DNA from: an uncultured Eubacterium sp.
GTDB lineage: Bacteria; Bacillota; Clostridia; Lachnospirales; Lachnospiraceae
Reading direction: 5' to 3'
DNA length: 36,148 nucleotides
Assembly: GCA_964601425.1 (NCBI GenBank)
Contig: CAZRNI010000002.1
Location: forward strand, 16,967-53,114
Shown piece by piece: positions 1 through 8,878 of the stretch; positions within the stretch are counted from its first letter, which is position 1, and each line of letters opens with the position of its first letter. The translations under genes and the position numbers were made by a program. The notes under the pieces were generated by a model. It was not told the origin of the DNA. It made no database searches and was given only the letters and a program-made list of their open reading frames with translations.

Positions 1-694
1 CGCAGCACGGCACTTCCATGCGGACGATGGTAACGCTCTTGATATCGTTATCGCGGATGATCTCTGTCAGTTTTTCGCTGTAATCGACCGCATCCAGCTT
101 CGGGCAGCCGATCAAGGTGACCTTGCCTTTCATGAAATCCTCATGCATATTGGCATAGGCATAGGCGGTGCAGTCCGCAGCGATCAGGAGCTTCGCGCCG
201 TCGTAGAAGGGCGCCTGCGGGGGCAGGAGCTTGATCTGGCACGGCCACTGGTTCAGCCGGGATGCCGGTCTTGCGGATGCTGCAGGAGCTGATTTCTCCT
301 CATCCGTCTCCTGAGTTTCTCTTTCAAACTGCATAAAGCGCGATCCCGGGCAGCCGTGCCCTGCTGCATGCTGTGCCATCTCGTTCATCATATTCTTCTC
401 GTGATCCGTCATGGCGTGTCTCCTTTCCACTTCGTTCGGCGCTGCGTCCTCCGCTTTCTTTCTCTGGCTTTCTTTCACCGCCGCCTCATCATAGGCAGGC
501 GCTTCTCTCTCCTCAAACGTAATCGCTCCGGTCGGACAGTTCGGAAGGCAGTCCCCGAATCCGTCACAGAAATGCTCCCTGACAAGCTTAGCCTTTCCGC
601 CGACGATATCAATCGCTCCCTCGTGGCAGGCCTCCGCACAGATACCGCAGCCGTTGCATTTCTCCTCATCGATATGAATTATCTGTCTGATCAT
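1..694 (-). CDS. 4Fe-4S dicluster (ferredoxin-type) iron-sulfur protein, 3' end runs off the window
   Basis: Hand translation from ATG at 694 gives MIRQIIHIDEEKCNGCGICAEACHEGAI...CDGFGDCLPNCPTGAI, with two Fe-S cysteine motifs. GGGAGG RBS upstream. Absent from the ORF track because it is truncated. Confidence 0.9.
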   Translation of the reverse strand, partial: MIRQIIHIDEEKCNGCGICAEACHEGAIDIVGGKAKLVREHFCDGFGDCLPNCPTGAITFEEREAPAYDEAAVKESQRKKAEDAAPNEVERRHAMTDHEKNMMNEMAQHAAGHGCPGSRFMQFERETQETDEEKSAPAASARPASRLNQWPCQIKLLPPQAPFYDGAKLLIAADCTAYAYANMHEDFMKGKVTLIGCPKLDAVDYSEKLTEIIRDNDIKSVTIVRMEVPCC

Positions 695-751
695 CTCTGT
701 GTCCTCCCTTGCTTTTCTGAGGAAAGCATAGTATAGTTGTTGCGATCTGTA

Positions 752-767
752 TGTGGCTTGAGCCACC
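752..767. promoter_or_regulatory. Putative Crp/Fnr (HcpR-like) operator
   Basis: GTGGC-TTGA-GCCAC dyad in the short divergent intergenic region between the Fe-S gene and the Crp/Fnr gene. Confidence 0.45.
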
Positions 768-794
768 TTTTAAAGAATTTTTTTGAGGTTCATT

Positions 795-1457
795 ATGATA
801 AATACAACGCTGATTTCAAAAACCGTCTTGTTTCGCGATATGGGCGAGGATGAGCTTAAGGAATGTCTGCATGCACTTCAGGCCACAACTAAGACATTCA
901 AGAAGGGCTCCCTCATTCTGCGTGCGGGAGATCTGACAGACCGCATGGGTCTTGTTGTGTCCGGAAGCGTGACGATCGAAAGCAACGATCTCTGGGGAAA
1001 CTGCACGATCCTGTCTCATGTCGGCAAAGGGCAGTTCTTTGCCGAGACTTACGCGCTTCTGCATGAAGAAGTGATGCTTGTGGATGTCCGCGCCAACGAA
1101 GATGCGGAGATCCTTTTTCTCAATGTGTCCGGCATTTTCGGGAAGCTGCCGTCTTCCGCATGGAAAGAAAAGCTTACACAGAACCTTCTGATGATCTCCG
1201 CGCAAAAAAACCTGACGCTCTCGGGAAGAAGCTTTCACACTTCTCCAAAGAGCGCCAGAGGACGCATTCTGTCGTATCTCAATACAGTGTCACTTCAAAA
1301 TCACTCGGATGAGTTTGACATTCCGTTTGACCGCCAGCAGCTGGCCGATTATCTGAACCTGGAACGAACCAACATGTCCAAGGAACTGACACGGATGAAG
1401 CAGGACGGGATCATTGAGTGCAGGAAGAATCATTTCAGACTGCTTCATGCTGAGTGA
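795..1457 (+). CDS. Crp/Fnr family transcriptional regulator (HcpR-like)
   Basis: cNMP-binding domain (GLVVSGSV...GQFFAE) plus C-terminal HTH (IPFDRQQLADYLNLERTNMSKEL). ATG at 795 preferred over TTG at 783. Confidence 0.9.
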   Translation: MINTTLISKTVLFRDMGEDELKECLHALQATTKTFKKGSLILRAGDLTDRMGLVVSGSVTIESNDLWGNCTILSHVGKGQFFAETYALLHEEVMLVDVRANEDAEILFLNVSGIFGKLPSSAWKEKLTQNLLMISAQKNLTLSGRSFHTSPKSARGRILSYLNTVSLQNHSDEFDIPFDRQQLADYLNLERTNMSKELTRMKQDGIIECRKNHFRLLHAE

Positions 1458-1480
1458 TATGAATCTGCAGTATCCGCTTA

Positions 1481-2044
1481 TTATTTATCTATCTTAAACA
1501 GCTTCACCGTCAAATTCGATATAACAACCGACAAGATAATACCAATGACCAATACCACCGGCAGCGACCATCCGGGGCTCACTGCCATCAATCCATCGGC
1601 ATACCCTGCAGGCATTTCTTCAATTGCCGCTTCATAGGTAAAAGCCCGGTTGAACCAGATCTGTCCGTAAAACCCGAAGGTGGAAAAGGTCATGACTATG
1701 GTCGCAATCAGGTCCCCTTTAAAGCTGTATTTCGAGACCATCCTGATAAGTTCTGCCGCCACCCCGATGATGATCAGGGGAATGCAGTGCCATGCACTTG
1801 CATCATTCATAAGGATAAAGATCAGGATTATCCCTGCTGCCAGTATCGCAGCGACTCCCGGCGCTTTCACTGTATCAAAAGCCTTGATCACAACGCCGGA
1901 AAGTAAAATCCCCGCGATGATCTGATAGCCGACAAACATGATCGGGTGTACAGCACCCAGGAAGCAGGTAACGGCTGTCCCAACCATATAAAGTACCAGA
2001 TAGAGAAGTATCCTTGCTGCATTTTTTCCATTCCATTTTTTCAT
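1481..2044 (-). CDS. MptD-family (Trep_Strep) putative ECF transporter S component
   Basis: 187-aa membrane protein with about 5-6 TM segments and a family-typical GVAAELI / EEMPAGYAD pattern. AGGAGG RBS. Confidence 0.7.
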   Translation of the reverse strand: MKKWNGKNAARILLYLVLYMVGTAVTCFLGAVHPIMFVGYQIIAGILLSGVVIKAFDTVKAPGVAAILAAGIILIFILMNDASAWHCIPLIIIGVAAELIRMVSKYSFKGDLIATIVMTFSTFGFYGQIWFNRAFTYEAAIEEMPAGYADGLMAVSPGWSLPVVLVIGIILSVVISNLTVKLFKIDK

Positions 2045-2075
2045 TTGTGCTTATCCTCCTTGAATGCATACTCTG

Positions 2076-2091
2076 GTTAGATATTGCTAAC
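2076..2091. promoter_or_regulatory. GTTAG-N6-CTAAC operator, copy 1
   Basis: GTTAGATATTGCTAAC upstream of the MptD-family gene. The same motif recurs at 9858 and 10168. Confidence 0.65.
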
Positions 2092-2099
2092 TATCAGGT

Positions 2100-2129
2100 G
2101 TTATATATGCCCCATACTGTATGGGGCAA
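2100..2129 (-). promoter_or_regulatory. Promoter with a perfect 10-bp inverted repeat in the spacer
   Basis: Minus strand reads TTGCCC-N18-TATAAC. TGCCCCATAC-T-GTATGGGGCA (2108-2128) overlaps the -35 and spacer. Confidence 0.45.
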
Positions 2130-2213
2130 GGAAATCAATCCTCTTTTGCAATGTTCGTCCGCTCTGTCAGTAACCCTGTTAACAGGCGCCTGACCTGTGA
2201 GCAGACCATATTG

Positions 2214-3824
2214 TTACTTCCTTCCAACAAGCAGCGTTGATCCGCTGAGCCCAAACAACGCAGCTTCTCTTCGTGTCATAAAGCGGCCATCCGTCGTGTC
2301 GATCAGCCGAACATCTTCATAGCCCAGCGCCTTCAGTTTGGAGACAAACGAGAGCATATCACCGTATCTTGCCTTGCTCATGATGTCGTGGATGGCAAAA
2401 GTGCCTCCTTTCTTCAGGACACGCAGCGTTTCCAGAAGCAGCTCCTGCTTGTCCTTTCCCATGATGTTGTGATAGACGTAATTGCTGGTCACCAGGTCAA
2501 AGGTTTCGTCCGGGAAGTCCAGTTTGTTGGCATCGCCCTTCCGGAAAGTGACATTGTCCACGCCCTCCGCTTCTGCATTCCTTTCACATCTGGTTTTCGT
2601 AAAATCCTTATATTCCGCGCCCCAGCGGTCAATGCCGGTCATCTTCGCGTTTGGATTGCGTTTGGCGCAGGCAATGGCCAGCGCCCCGCTCCCGCAGCCC
2701 ACATCCAATCCGGTTCCTCCGTCCGGAATCGTCACATAGTCCGCAATGCCTTCTATGATCTGCTTGGAGAGCTTCCTCTTTCCGTCATAGGAAAATGCTT
2801 TAGCCGCCGCATAGCTATATACGGCAAAGGCGCCGCAGCCAAGTGTTCCCAATGTTAATGCTGTACAGAGCGCCTTGCCGGCAGCTCCGGAATTCTTTCC
2901 AAGTTTAATATGCGCCGCAATGTCTGCCGCCAGCAGAACTCCCGTTCCTGCCACAGCGCCTGCGACCATCTCTTTCGGCATCCAGTTGGCGTAATCCGGT
3001 TTCCCCTGTGTCCTTGTCATGTGGTTTTCTGCCATTGTCCTCTTTTCCTCACTGTCTTTTAATGCGCTTTTGATCTCGTTGTCAAACCGGCTAAGATGGA
3101 TCATCACCAGTTCGCCGTGCCCCAAACCGTCGATCTGACGGAAAGTGACACCATCAAAATAGGAATCGATATAAGCCATGTCTGTTTTTCTGGCCTTCTT
3201 CTCGTACTCACCGTACCAATATTCGATTTTAGTCGTCAGCTTCGGAACCGGATGAGGCAGTTCATAGTTATTGGCCGACCAGAATACGTTGCTGATCGTT
3301 TTGCCGGAATAAGTTTTATAGAATTCCATCAGGGCATCATACTCTTCCCTGGGATCACTTCCTTCTGCCGTAAAGATCTCCGGCGGAGCGACAAGTTCAA
3401 GCAGCTTCCGACTTTTCGTGATGCTCCGCATGCAGACAAAGTCTTTTGCATGGATCAGGTGGCAGATCCACTTCGGATACGTGTAGGGAAGGATACCTCC
3501 GTCAATGATCGCCCTCTCCACGGGGATGCCGCCTGTTGCCAGAAAACGGACAATGATCGCTCCGCCCATCGACAGCCCATAAGCTGCATAAAGGCTGGTG
3601 ACGTCACGTTTTTTCAGTTCAGCAGTCATGTCCGAAACAGTCTTCTCGATCGAGATGAAATCTCCCGGCTGTCCGTCATGACCATCCGCCGCCACGGCAT
3701 ACACATGGTAGTCTTCGCCCAGCGATTCCGCCTGCTTCTGAAATGCCCAGTACGGCTCCAGCGCGGCAGTCGCTATAAACAGGACTTTCTTTTCGTTTTC
3801 TTTGCCGTACTCATAAATGATCAT
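2214..3824 (-). CDS. Alpha/beta hydrolase fused to class I SAM-dependent methyltransferase
   Basis: N-terminal half has a GLSMGG nucleophile elbow and a C-terminal GHGE His. C-terminal half has LDVGCGSG and FDLVTSN motifs. Internal RBS plus ATG at 3035. Confidence 0.85.
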   Translation of the reverse strand: MIIYEYGKENEKKVLFIATAALEPYWAFQKQAESLGEDYHVYAVAADGHDGQPGDFISIEKTVSDMTAELKKRDVTSLYAAYGLSMGGAIIVRFLATGGIPVERAIIDGGILPYTYPKWICHLIHAKDFVCMRSITKSRKLLELVAPPEIFTAEGSDPREEYDALMEFYKTYSGKTISNVFWSANNYELPHPVPKLTTKIEYWYGEYEKKARKTDMAYIDSYFDGVTFRQIDGLGHGELVMIHLSRFDNEIKSALKDSEEKRTMAENHMTRTQGKPDYANWMPKEMVAGAVAGTGVLLAADIAAHIKLGKNSGAAGKALCTALTLGTLGCGAFAVYSYAAAKAFSYDGKRKLSKQIIEGIADYVTIPDGGTGLDVGCGSGALAIACAKRNPNAKMTGIDRWGAEYKDFTKTRCERNAEAEGVDNVTFRKGDANKLDFPDETFDLVTSNYVYHNIMGKDKQELLLETLRVLKKGGTFAIHDIMSKARYGDMLSFVSKLKALGYEDVRLIDTTDGRFMTRREAALFGLSGSTLLVGRK

Positions 3825-4666
3825 GACAGGTACCTCCCAAAGTCCAGCCGGATGATCTGCATCTTCATAAACCCGTCTCCGATTTTAGCCAGCAGCCGGA
3901 AGAGTCCTGTTTCTGACGGGTCTTTCAGGTCGTTGTAGACAAGAATGTAGCCGCGGATTGATATCTTTGTATCTGTGAGCCACGCCAGATCTTTCTTCGC
4001 ATCGTTTACGCTGAAATAATCGGAGATACTCGTGATGCCGGCCTCTTTCACCCAGGTCTTCAGCATGATCTTCACCGCCCGCTCATTGGCCGCATCAAAC
4101 ACAAGACGGCAGCCCGGGAACCGTTTTTCCATAGCGGTAAAGAGCTTCTGAATGTCCACTTTTTTGAAATAATAGAACACGCCTGCTGCCATAAAGCAGA
4201 CACCTTTCGAGGCATCGATCTCATCAAACCATGTTATATCATTGAGGTCGCAGGCCAAATTCCGAACCCGATCATTTCCCGGAAGAAGTGTATTCCGCAC
4301 GGAAATGACATCCGGAAGATCGATGTTGATGATCCGGCATTCCCCGTTATCGGCATTCTCACAGGTCTGATCCAGGCCGCAGCCGAGATTGACAAGCAGG
4401 GCTTTCGGATGAGCTTTCAGGTAATCCTTCATCTCCGCCATCAGATCCGTCTCGCGCATGGCAACCTCCAGCGCGCCGAACTGATAGCCCTTGCTTTTTG
4501 TCTTTTTCTCAAGCTCCGAGAAATCATAGTCCAGCCGGTCGATCAGCTCCACGGCCTTCGGGTCCTGAAACAGATCCGGAAAACGCTCCGTACACATCTT
4601 TCGCCCAAACAGTGGGATCACCAGGGTTTCCTGTACGGTATTCTTTTCAATATGCACCTTGTCCAC
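3821..4666 (-). CDS. TcmP/leucine-carboxyl-methyltransferase-like O-methyltransferase
   Basis: VQETLVIPLFGR, VNLGCGLD and IDLPDVI motifs. GTG start. Confidence 0.85.
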   Translation of the reverse strand: MDKVHIEKNTVQETLVIPLFGRKMCTERFPDLFQDPKAVELIDRLDYDFSELEKKTKSKGYQFGALEVAMRETDLMAEMKDYLKAHPKALLVNLGCGLDQTCENADNGECRIINIDLPDVISVRNTLLPGNDRVRNLACDLNDITWFDEIDASKGVCFMAAGVFYYFKKVDIQKLFTAMEKRFPGCRLVFDAANERAVKIMLKTWVKEAGITSISDYFSVNDAKKDLAWLTDTKISIRGYILVYNDLKDPSETGLFRLLAKIGDGFMKMQIIRLDFGRYLS

Positions 4667-4684
4667 TTTACTTGATTCCTTTCG

Positions 4685-5596
4685 TCAGCGCAGGGCTTCG
4701 AAGTATTCCTGCCGGACAGCTGTTGCCTCCGGCACAAACTCCATCGCGCCCCAGCAGTGCATCATGCCTTTTCCGATGTGAACATTCAGCGTTACGCCGT
4801 ATTTCCGGCAAGTCTTCTTAAAGTCATTCAGGTATGCAATCATGACTTCTCTGGTGCCGTAAAAGATATCGATCGGCGGGAAGCCGATCAGGTCAAACAG
4901 GATTGGGCTGAGAAGATACGCCTCATCGCCGGACGCCAGCACGGGGGCAATACTGTCAAAGAACCGCACCGGGATCATGATATCGGCTTTCTCCCGCTTC
5001 TTCATCTCGATCCTCTGACTGTCGCTTGGCGGCACCTGAAGGCCGGGAGACTGCAGCACCAGCTTCCCCGGAAGCGGGACATCGATATCGTCATGACGGA
5101 TAGACATGCACACAGAGAGTGCGAGAGCGCCACCGGAGGATGTCCCGAAAAACCGGACATTCTTGGCGTCATACGACTTCAGGATCTCGCGATAGACCGT
5201 TAAGGTACTCTGTACCGTCTCCGCGAGCCGGTGCTCAGTGGCCATCGGATAAAGCTGGAACCAGACTTCTGCGTTCACCTCTTTATCGATCTGCGCACAG
5301 AGAACAATATCTCCCGGGTCCGGAGGGAGAATATAGCCCCCTCCGAACAGGTATAAGACCGCTCTTTCCGGTTTTGTCCCCTTTCTGCGGACAACATAGA
5401 CGGTCGTACCCCCGATCGATTTGGTGAGAATGTCATGTTCCGGCATTTTCTTATATGGGATCTTCAGCGGCTTCTTCTGCTTTTCCTGATAGGTCTCCAG
5501 CAGCTTTTCGAATGCCGGACCTTCTTTGTCCAGCATCTTATTTACACGAAGAAGGCGGAAGAGTGTGTTCACCAGTTTATACTGCAGACTTGGCAT
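4685..5596 (-). CDS. Alpha/beta hydrolase (HSL-like esterase)
   Basis: LYLFGGGY oxyanion loop, GTSSGG nucleophile, GMMH catalytic His. Confidence 0.85.
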   Translation of the reverse strand: MPSLQYKLVNTLFRLLRVNKMLDKEGPAFEKLLETYQEKQKKPLKIPYKKMPEHDILTKSIGGTTVYVVRRKGTKPERAVLYLFGGGYILPPDPGDIVLCAQIDKEVNAEVWFQLYPMATEHRLAETVQSTLTVYREILKSYDAKNVRFFGTSSGGALALSVCMSIRHDDIDVPLPGKLVLQSPGLQVPPSDSQRIEMKKREKADIMIPVRFFDSIAPVLASGDEAYLLSPILFDLIGFPPIDIFYGTREVMIAYLNDFKKTCRKYGVTLNVHIGKGMMHCWGAMEFVPEATAVRQEYFEALR

Positions 5597-5681
5597 TTCA
5601 TTTTCTCCTCTTCACCGGAAACAACGCCCGGCGCATTCTCAGATCTGTGCTTATCATTTAAGGCATCCATTATCAGTTTGC

Positions 5682-6311
5682 CTATTTCATGGCCAGAACC
5701 GTGATCCACGGTTTGTCTTTATGGTGATCTGTTTTTACTTTTGAAAATCCGGCTGCCCGCAGCGCACCTTCAAGCTCCCCGGCGGTATAGATCTTCATGC
5801 CGTCAATCATTTCTTCAAACTTTTTGCTTCCGGCGTCCAGACCATCGGACTCATTGACGATCATAAAGCGCCCGCCGGGCCGAAGGATTCTGGCGACCTC
5901 TGAAAAGCAATGCGCAATGCCCGGCCAGAAATAGACCGTCTCAAAGGCCGTCGCAAGATCAAACGTTCCTTCATCAAAGTCCAATGCAGAGGCATCTCCC
6001 TGTTTTACCACACATTTTCCTTCTGCAATCGCTTCCTTGTTGTATTCCGAAGCCTGCTTCACCGAGAGTGGCGAGTAATCAACTGCGGTCATCGTCGCTT
6101 CCGGATACTTCTTCATCAGTGCCGCCGCATTTCTTCCGCCTCCGCAGCCGATGTCCAGCATGGCTTCCGGAGATATCGTTTTCAGATGCGCAAGTCCCCA
6201 GTCCGCCATTTTTGCATGTCCGGAATTCATGCCCTTGATCATCATTTTCCCGAGGAATCCTTCAGGTTTTCGTGTTTGATTGATATAGTCTCTGAAAAGT
6301 CCCATATTCAT
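5682..6311 (-). CDS. Class I SAM-dependent methyltransferase
   Basis: LDIGCGGG, FDLATAFETVYFW and RILRPGG motifs. Confidence 0.9.
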   Translation of the reverse strand: MNMGLFRDYINQTRKPEGFLGKMMIKGMNSGHAKMADWGLAHLKTISPEAMLDIGCGGGRNAAALMKKYPEATMTAVDYSPLSVKQASEYNKEAIAEGKCVVKQGDASALDFDEGTFDLATAFETVYFWPGIAHCFSEVARILRPGGRFMIVNESDGLDAGSKKFEEMIDGMKIYTAGELEGALRAAGFSKVKTDHHKDKPWITVLAMK

Positions 6312-6345
6312 TTTCTCCTTCCTGACAGAAGAAAACCCATGCAGC

Positions 6346-7032
6346 TCATTTCACGCAGCGAAAGCACGCCATGCCTTCGACACCGGCAACCTTCACTTTT
6401 GAATACATGCCTTCCAGACGCTTCCGAAGACTTTCCTTTGTCTCATAAGGAGGCGTGAAATAGCCTCCCGGCTGATACAGATGCCGGATGATCCAGTCCG
6501 TACGCCGGTTCTGTCCTTTGATATAAAAGCATCCGCAAAAGGTTCCGCCAGGCTTCAGAACCCGAAACGTCTCCCGATAGGCGGCCTCTTTATCCGGAAA
6601 GGCGTGAAATCCGTTCAGGGACAGGACCACATCAAAGCTTTCGTCTTCAAACGGCAGTTCTCCGACATCTCCCTGCAGAAACTTCACATTGTTAAGGCTC
6701 ATGTCGCGCGCTCTCGCCTGCGCAGCTGACATCATGTTTTCGGAATAATCCAGGCAGGTGATGTCCGCTTCCGGCAAATCCCGGTATACGGGCATGGTCA
6801 GTACACCTGTGCCGACAGGTACCTCCAGCAGATTCCCTTTGAAATCCTCCGGAACTTCGGAAAGGGCCATCTCCAGATATTTAAGATTCTTCTCCCCGTC
6901 CATGTTCCAGACGATCCGGCACACCGCTTTTCCGGGCATTGTAGAATATGTAATCATACCATCGTAGAAACTGGCACTGTTTCCGGTTACCTTATACGCG
7001 TTTCTGATCTGATCTTTTCTCGTCATTTTCAT
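6346..7032 (-). CDS. Class I SAM-dependent methyltransferase
   Basis: LLEVPVGTG, LPFEDESFDVV and RVLKPGG motifs. Confidence 0.9.
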   Translation of the reverse strand: MKMTRKDQIRNAYKVTGNSASFYDGMITYSTMPGKAVCRIVWNMDGEKNLKYLEMALSEVPEDFKGNLLEVPVGTGVLTMPVYRDLPEADITCLDYSENMMSAAQARARDMSLNNVKFLQGDVGELPFEDESFDVVLSLNGFHAFPDKEAAYRETFRVLKPGGTFCGCFYIKGQNRRTDWIIRHLYQPGGYFTPPYETKESLRKRLEGMYSKVKVAGVEGMACFRCVK

Positions 7033-7060
7033 TCCTCTTCCCTACGTGGACGGTTTTCCT

Positions 7061-7672
7061 TCATGACTTTTCTTTTCTTATACACTCGGTGTACATCAGC
7101 GCGATCCGGGCCGCCATCTCACGGCTTAGTATTACGTGCCACCCGTTGTTCTCCAAAAACTGCAGGTATTCCTTCGCTGTCCACTGATGCTCAAAGCGGA
7201 CACCCGCAGCATTCAGGATCCCGGACCAGATACGGCTGATGAAGGTCCCTTTGTGTTCCACAAAATTCGGGGCGATCAGTACGCCGCCCGGGCGAAGCAC
7301 ACGGTCGATCTCCTTAAGCACCTTTTCCGGGTCGGGAACGATGTGCAGGGCATTAGCTATGAGCACCACATCGAAGGAGTTATCGGCGTAAGGCAGATTC
7401 ATAGCATCCGCGATCTCAAAAGTAAGATTGGAAGGATTCTCACCCTTTTTGGCTTCGGCAATCATCCCGTCGGAATAGTCCGTTGCGATCATCCGCTTTG
7501 CTGCCGGAGCCACATGTTTTGCCAGAAGGCCGGGGCCGGTTGCGATCTCCAGTACTTCTTTATCCCGGATCACCTCCGGAATGCGGCCGTACATGTAATC
7601 GTATATTTTCTGATCTGCCTTCATGGCGCGCTTGTAGATCGGCGCGTACAGATCCCAGGTCCTTTTCTTCAT
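7061..7672 (-). CDS. Class I SAM-dependent methyltransferase
   Basis: VLEIATGPG, LPYADNSFDVV and RVLRPGG motifs. Start moved to ATG at 7672 (MKKRTWDLYAP) to avoid overlap with the upstream gene. Confidence 0.85.
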   Translation of the reverse strand: MKKRTWDLYAPIYKRAMKADQKIYDYMYGRIPEVIRDKEVLEIATGPGLLAKHVAPAAKRMIATDYSDGMIAEAKKGENPSNLTFEIADAMNLPYADNSFDVVLIANALHIVPDPEKVLKEIDRVLRPGGVLIAPNFVEHKGTFISRIWSGILNAAGVRFEHQWTAKEYLQFLENNGWHVILSREMAARIALMYTECIRKEKS

Positions 7673-7703
7673 GGGTTTATATCCCTGCTTTCTTAATGTA
7701 AGC

Positions 7704-8153
7704 TTATTTCCCCGTCGTTTTCCCGCTCTGCAGCAGTCTGATCCATTTTCTCTGTCTGTGCGCATAAAACGCTTCCGCCCAGAGCCAGATAAAAATCGTT
7801 TTCCAGCCCGCTTCTATTTCTACTTCGTCGGTATACTCCGTCCGGCCGCCCAGGTCACGCAGCATGATCTTATGATCCCAGACAGGAACTTGTCTGTTAT
7901 GCTCCCTGCTCTGAATCATGTCGATGTCGATTCTTTCAATATGAATCGTATGGATGCCGAAGGGAATGAAGCCAAACAGCCTGAAATAATAGGATGACTC
8001 ATTTCCGGCCTGCCATTCCCCGTCGGTCTGCCCGTCTGCAGGCACAAAGTATGCATAAGGAGCTGCGACGGTCTGAAGCGTTTCCGGCCGCTGCAGCAAG
8101 CGAAACACATCTTCCCGCTTTGCGGGAAAAACAGACGTTCTGCGAACGATCAT
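7704..8153 (-). CDS. SRPBCC/START-like (polyketide cyclase-like) protein
   Basis: Pattern FPAKREDVF...WDHKI...TEYTDEVEI...FYAHRQRKW. ATGA overlap with the upstream gene. Confidence 0.55.
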   Translation of the reverse strand: MIVRRTSVFPAKREDVFRLLQRPETLQTVAAPYAYFVPADGQTDGEWQAGNESSYYFRLFGFIPFGIHTIHIERIDIDMIQSREHNRQVPVWDHKIMLRDLGGRTEYTDEVEIEAGWKTIFIWLWAEAFYAHRQRKWIRLLQSGKTTGK

Positions 8154-8878
8154 CCTTTTTCCCCTTTTGGCTTTTCCCTGCTGACAAAAAACCCGCCGTC
8201 ATCGGTAACCGTTTCATAGCCCCTGGCTATGGGATTTTCGCTTCCGACTACCAGATAATCACACCGGTCGCTGTTGCCGCAGGTACCGCACCGGATCAGC
8301 TGTCCGTGGATCTCTCCGATGCCATAGAAGTCCGAGTTACACAGAAGCGGCAGTACATGGAGAAGGTCGTACTTCTTCGCGAATTCCGCATTCGGACACT
8401 GCGTAAAATGATATCTAGATGCACAGTGCTCCTTATCATAGGGCTCTGATACATTGACAAACCCTTCCGGGTATTTCAGGAAGTCCTTTCTGTCCCTGTT
8501 TCCGGAAAACTGAAACACCTTGTCGATCAGCCACATATCCCGCCTGCGGTTTAAATTGAAGATCTTTCCGAGCTTCGTGAACGGCCCCATAAACATTTCC
8601 TGAACAAAGTTCTGAAGTTCCCCGACCGGCGGCTGATCGGGCAGTGCCGGATACAGGGAAAAGATCAGCAGTCCGCCGTAAATGGCAGAAGCGTGCCCGT
8701 TCTTTTTCCCGCCGTAATCCGGAAGGCCTTCCAGATAGTTCAGATAGTTTTCCTGAACATCTGTCCAGATAGCTTTGGCTTTTTCTTCTCCGTACCGGTC
8801 GTTCAGCCATTTACGCACTTTGTCGTTATAGGAACCCGGATACAGGCCTTTGACGGCTTCTTCAAACTTCTCATTCAT
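8150..8878 (-). CDS. L-2-amino-thiazoline-4-carboxylate hydrolase family protein
   Basis: Family Cys pattern FTQCPNAEFAK...LCNSDF...RCGTCGNSDRCDY. Confidence 0.7.
   Translation of the reverse strand: MNEKFEEAVKGLYPGSYNDKVRKWLNDRYGEEKAKAIWTDVQENYLNYLEGLPDYGGKKNGHASAIYGGLLIFSLYPALPDQPPVGELQNFVQEMFMGPFTKLGKIFNLNRRRDMWLIDKVFQFSGNRDRKDFLKYPEGFVNVSEPYDKEHCASRYHFTQCPNAEFAKKYDLLHVLPLLCNSDFYGIGEIHGQLIRCGTCGNSDRCDYLVVGSENPIARGYETVTDDGGFFVSREKPKGEKG

Noticed and set aside
2161-2202. Imperfect hairpin around CCTGTTAACAGG after the fusion gene
   Set aside because: No U-tract and no second copy, so there is not enough to call a terminator or RNA.
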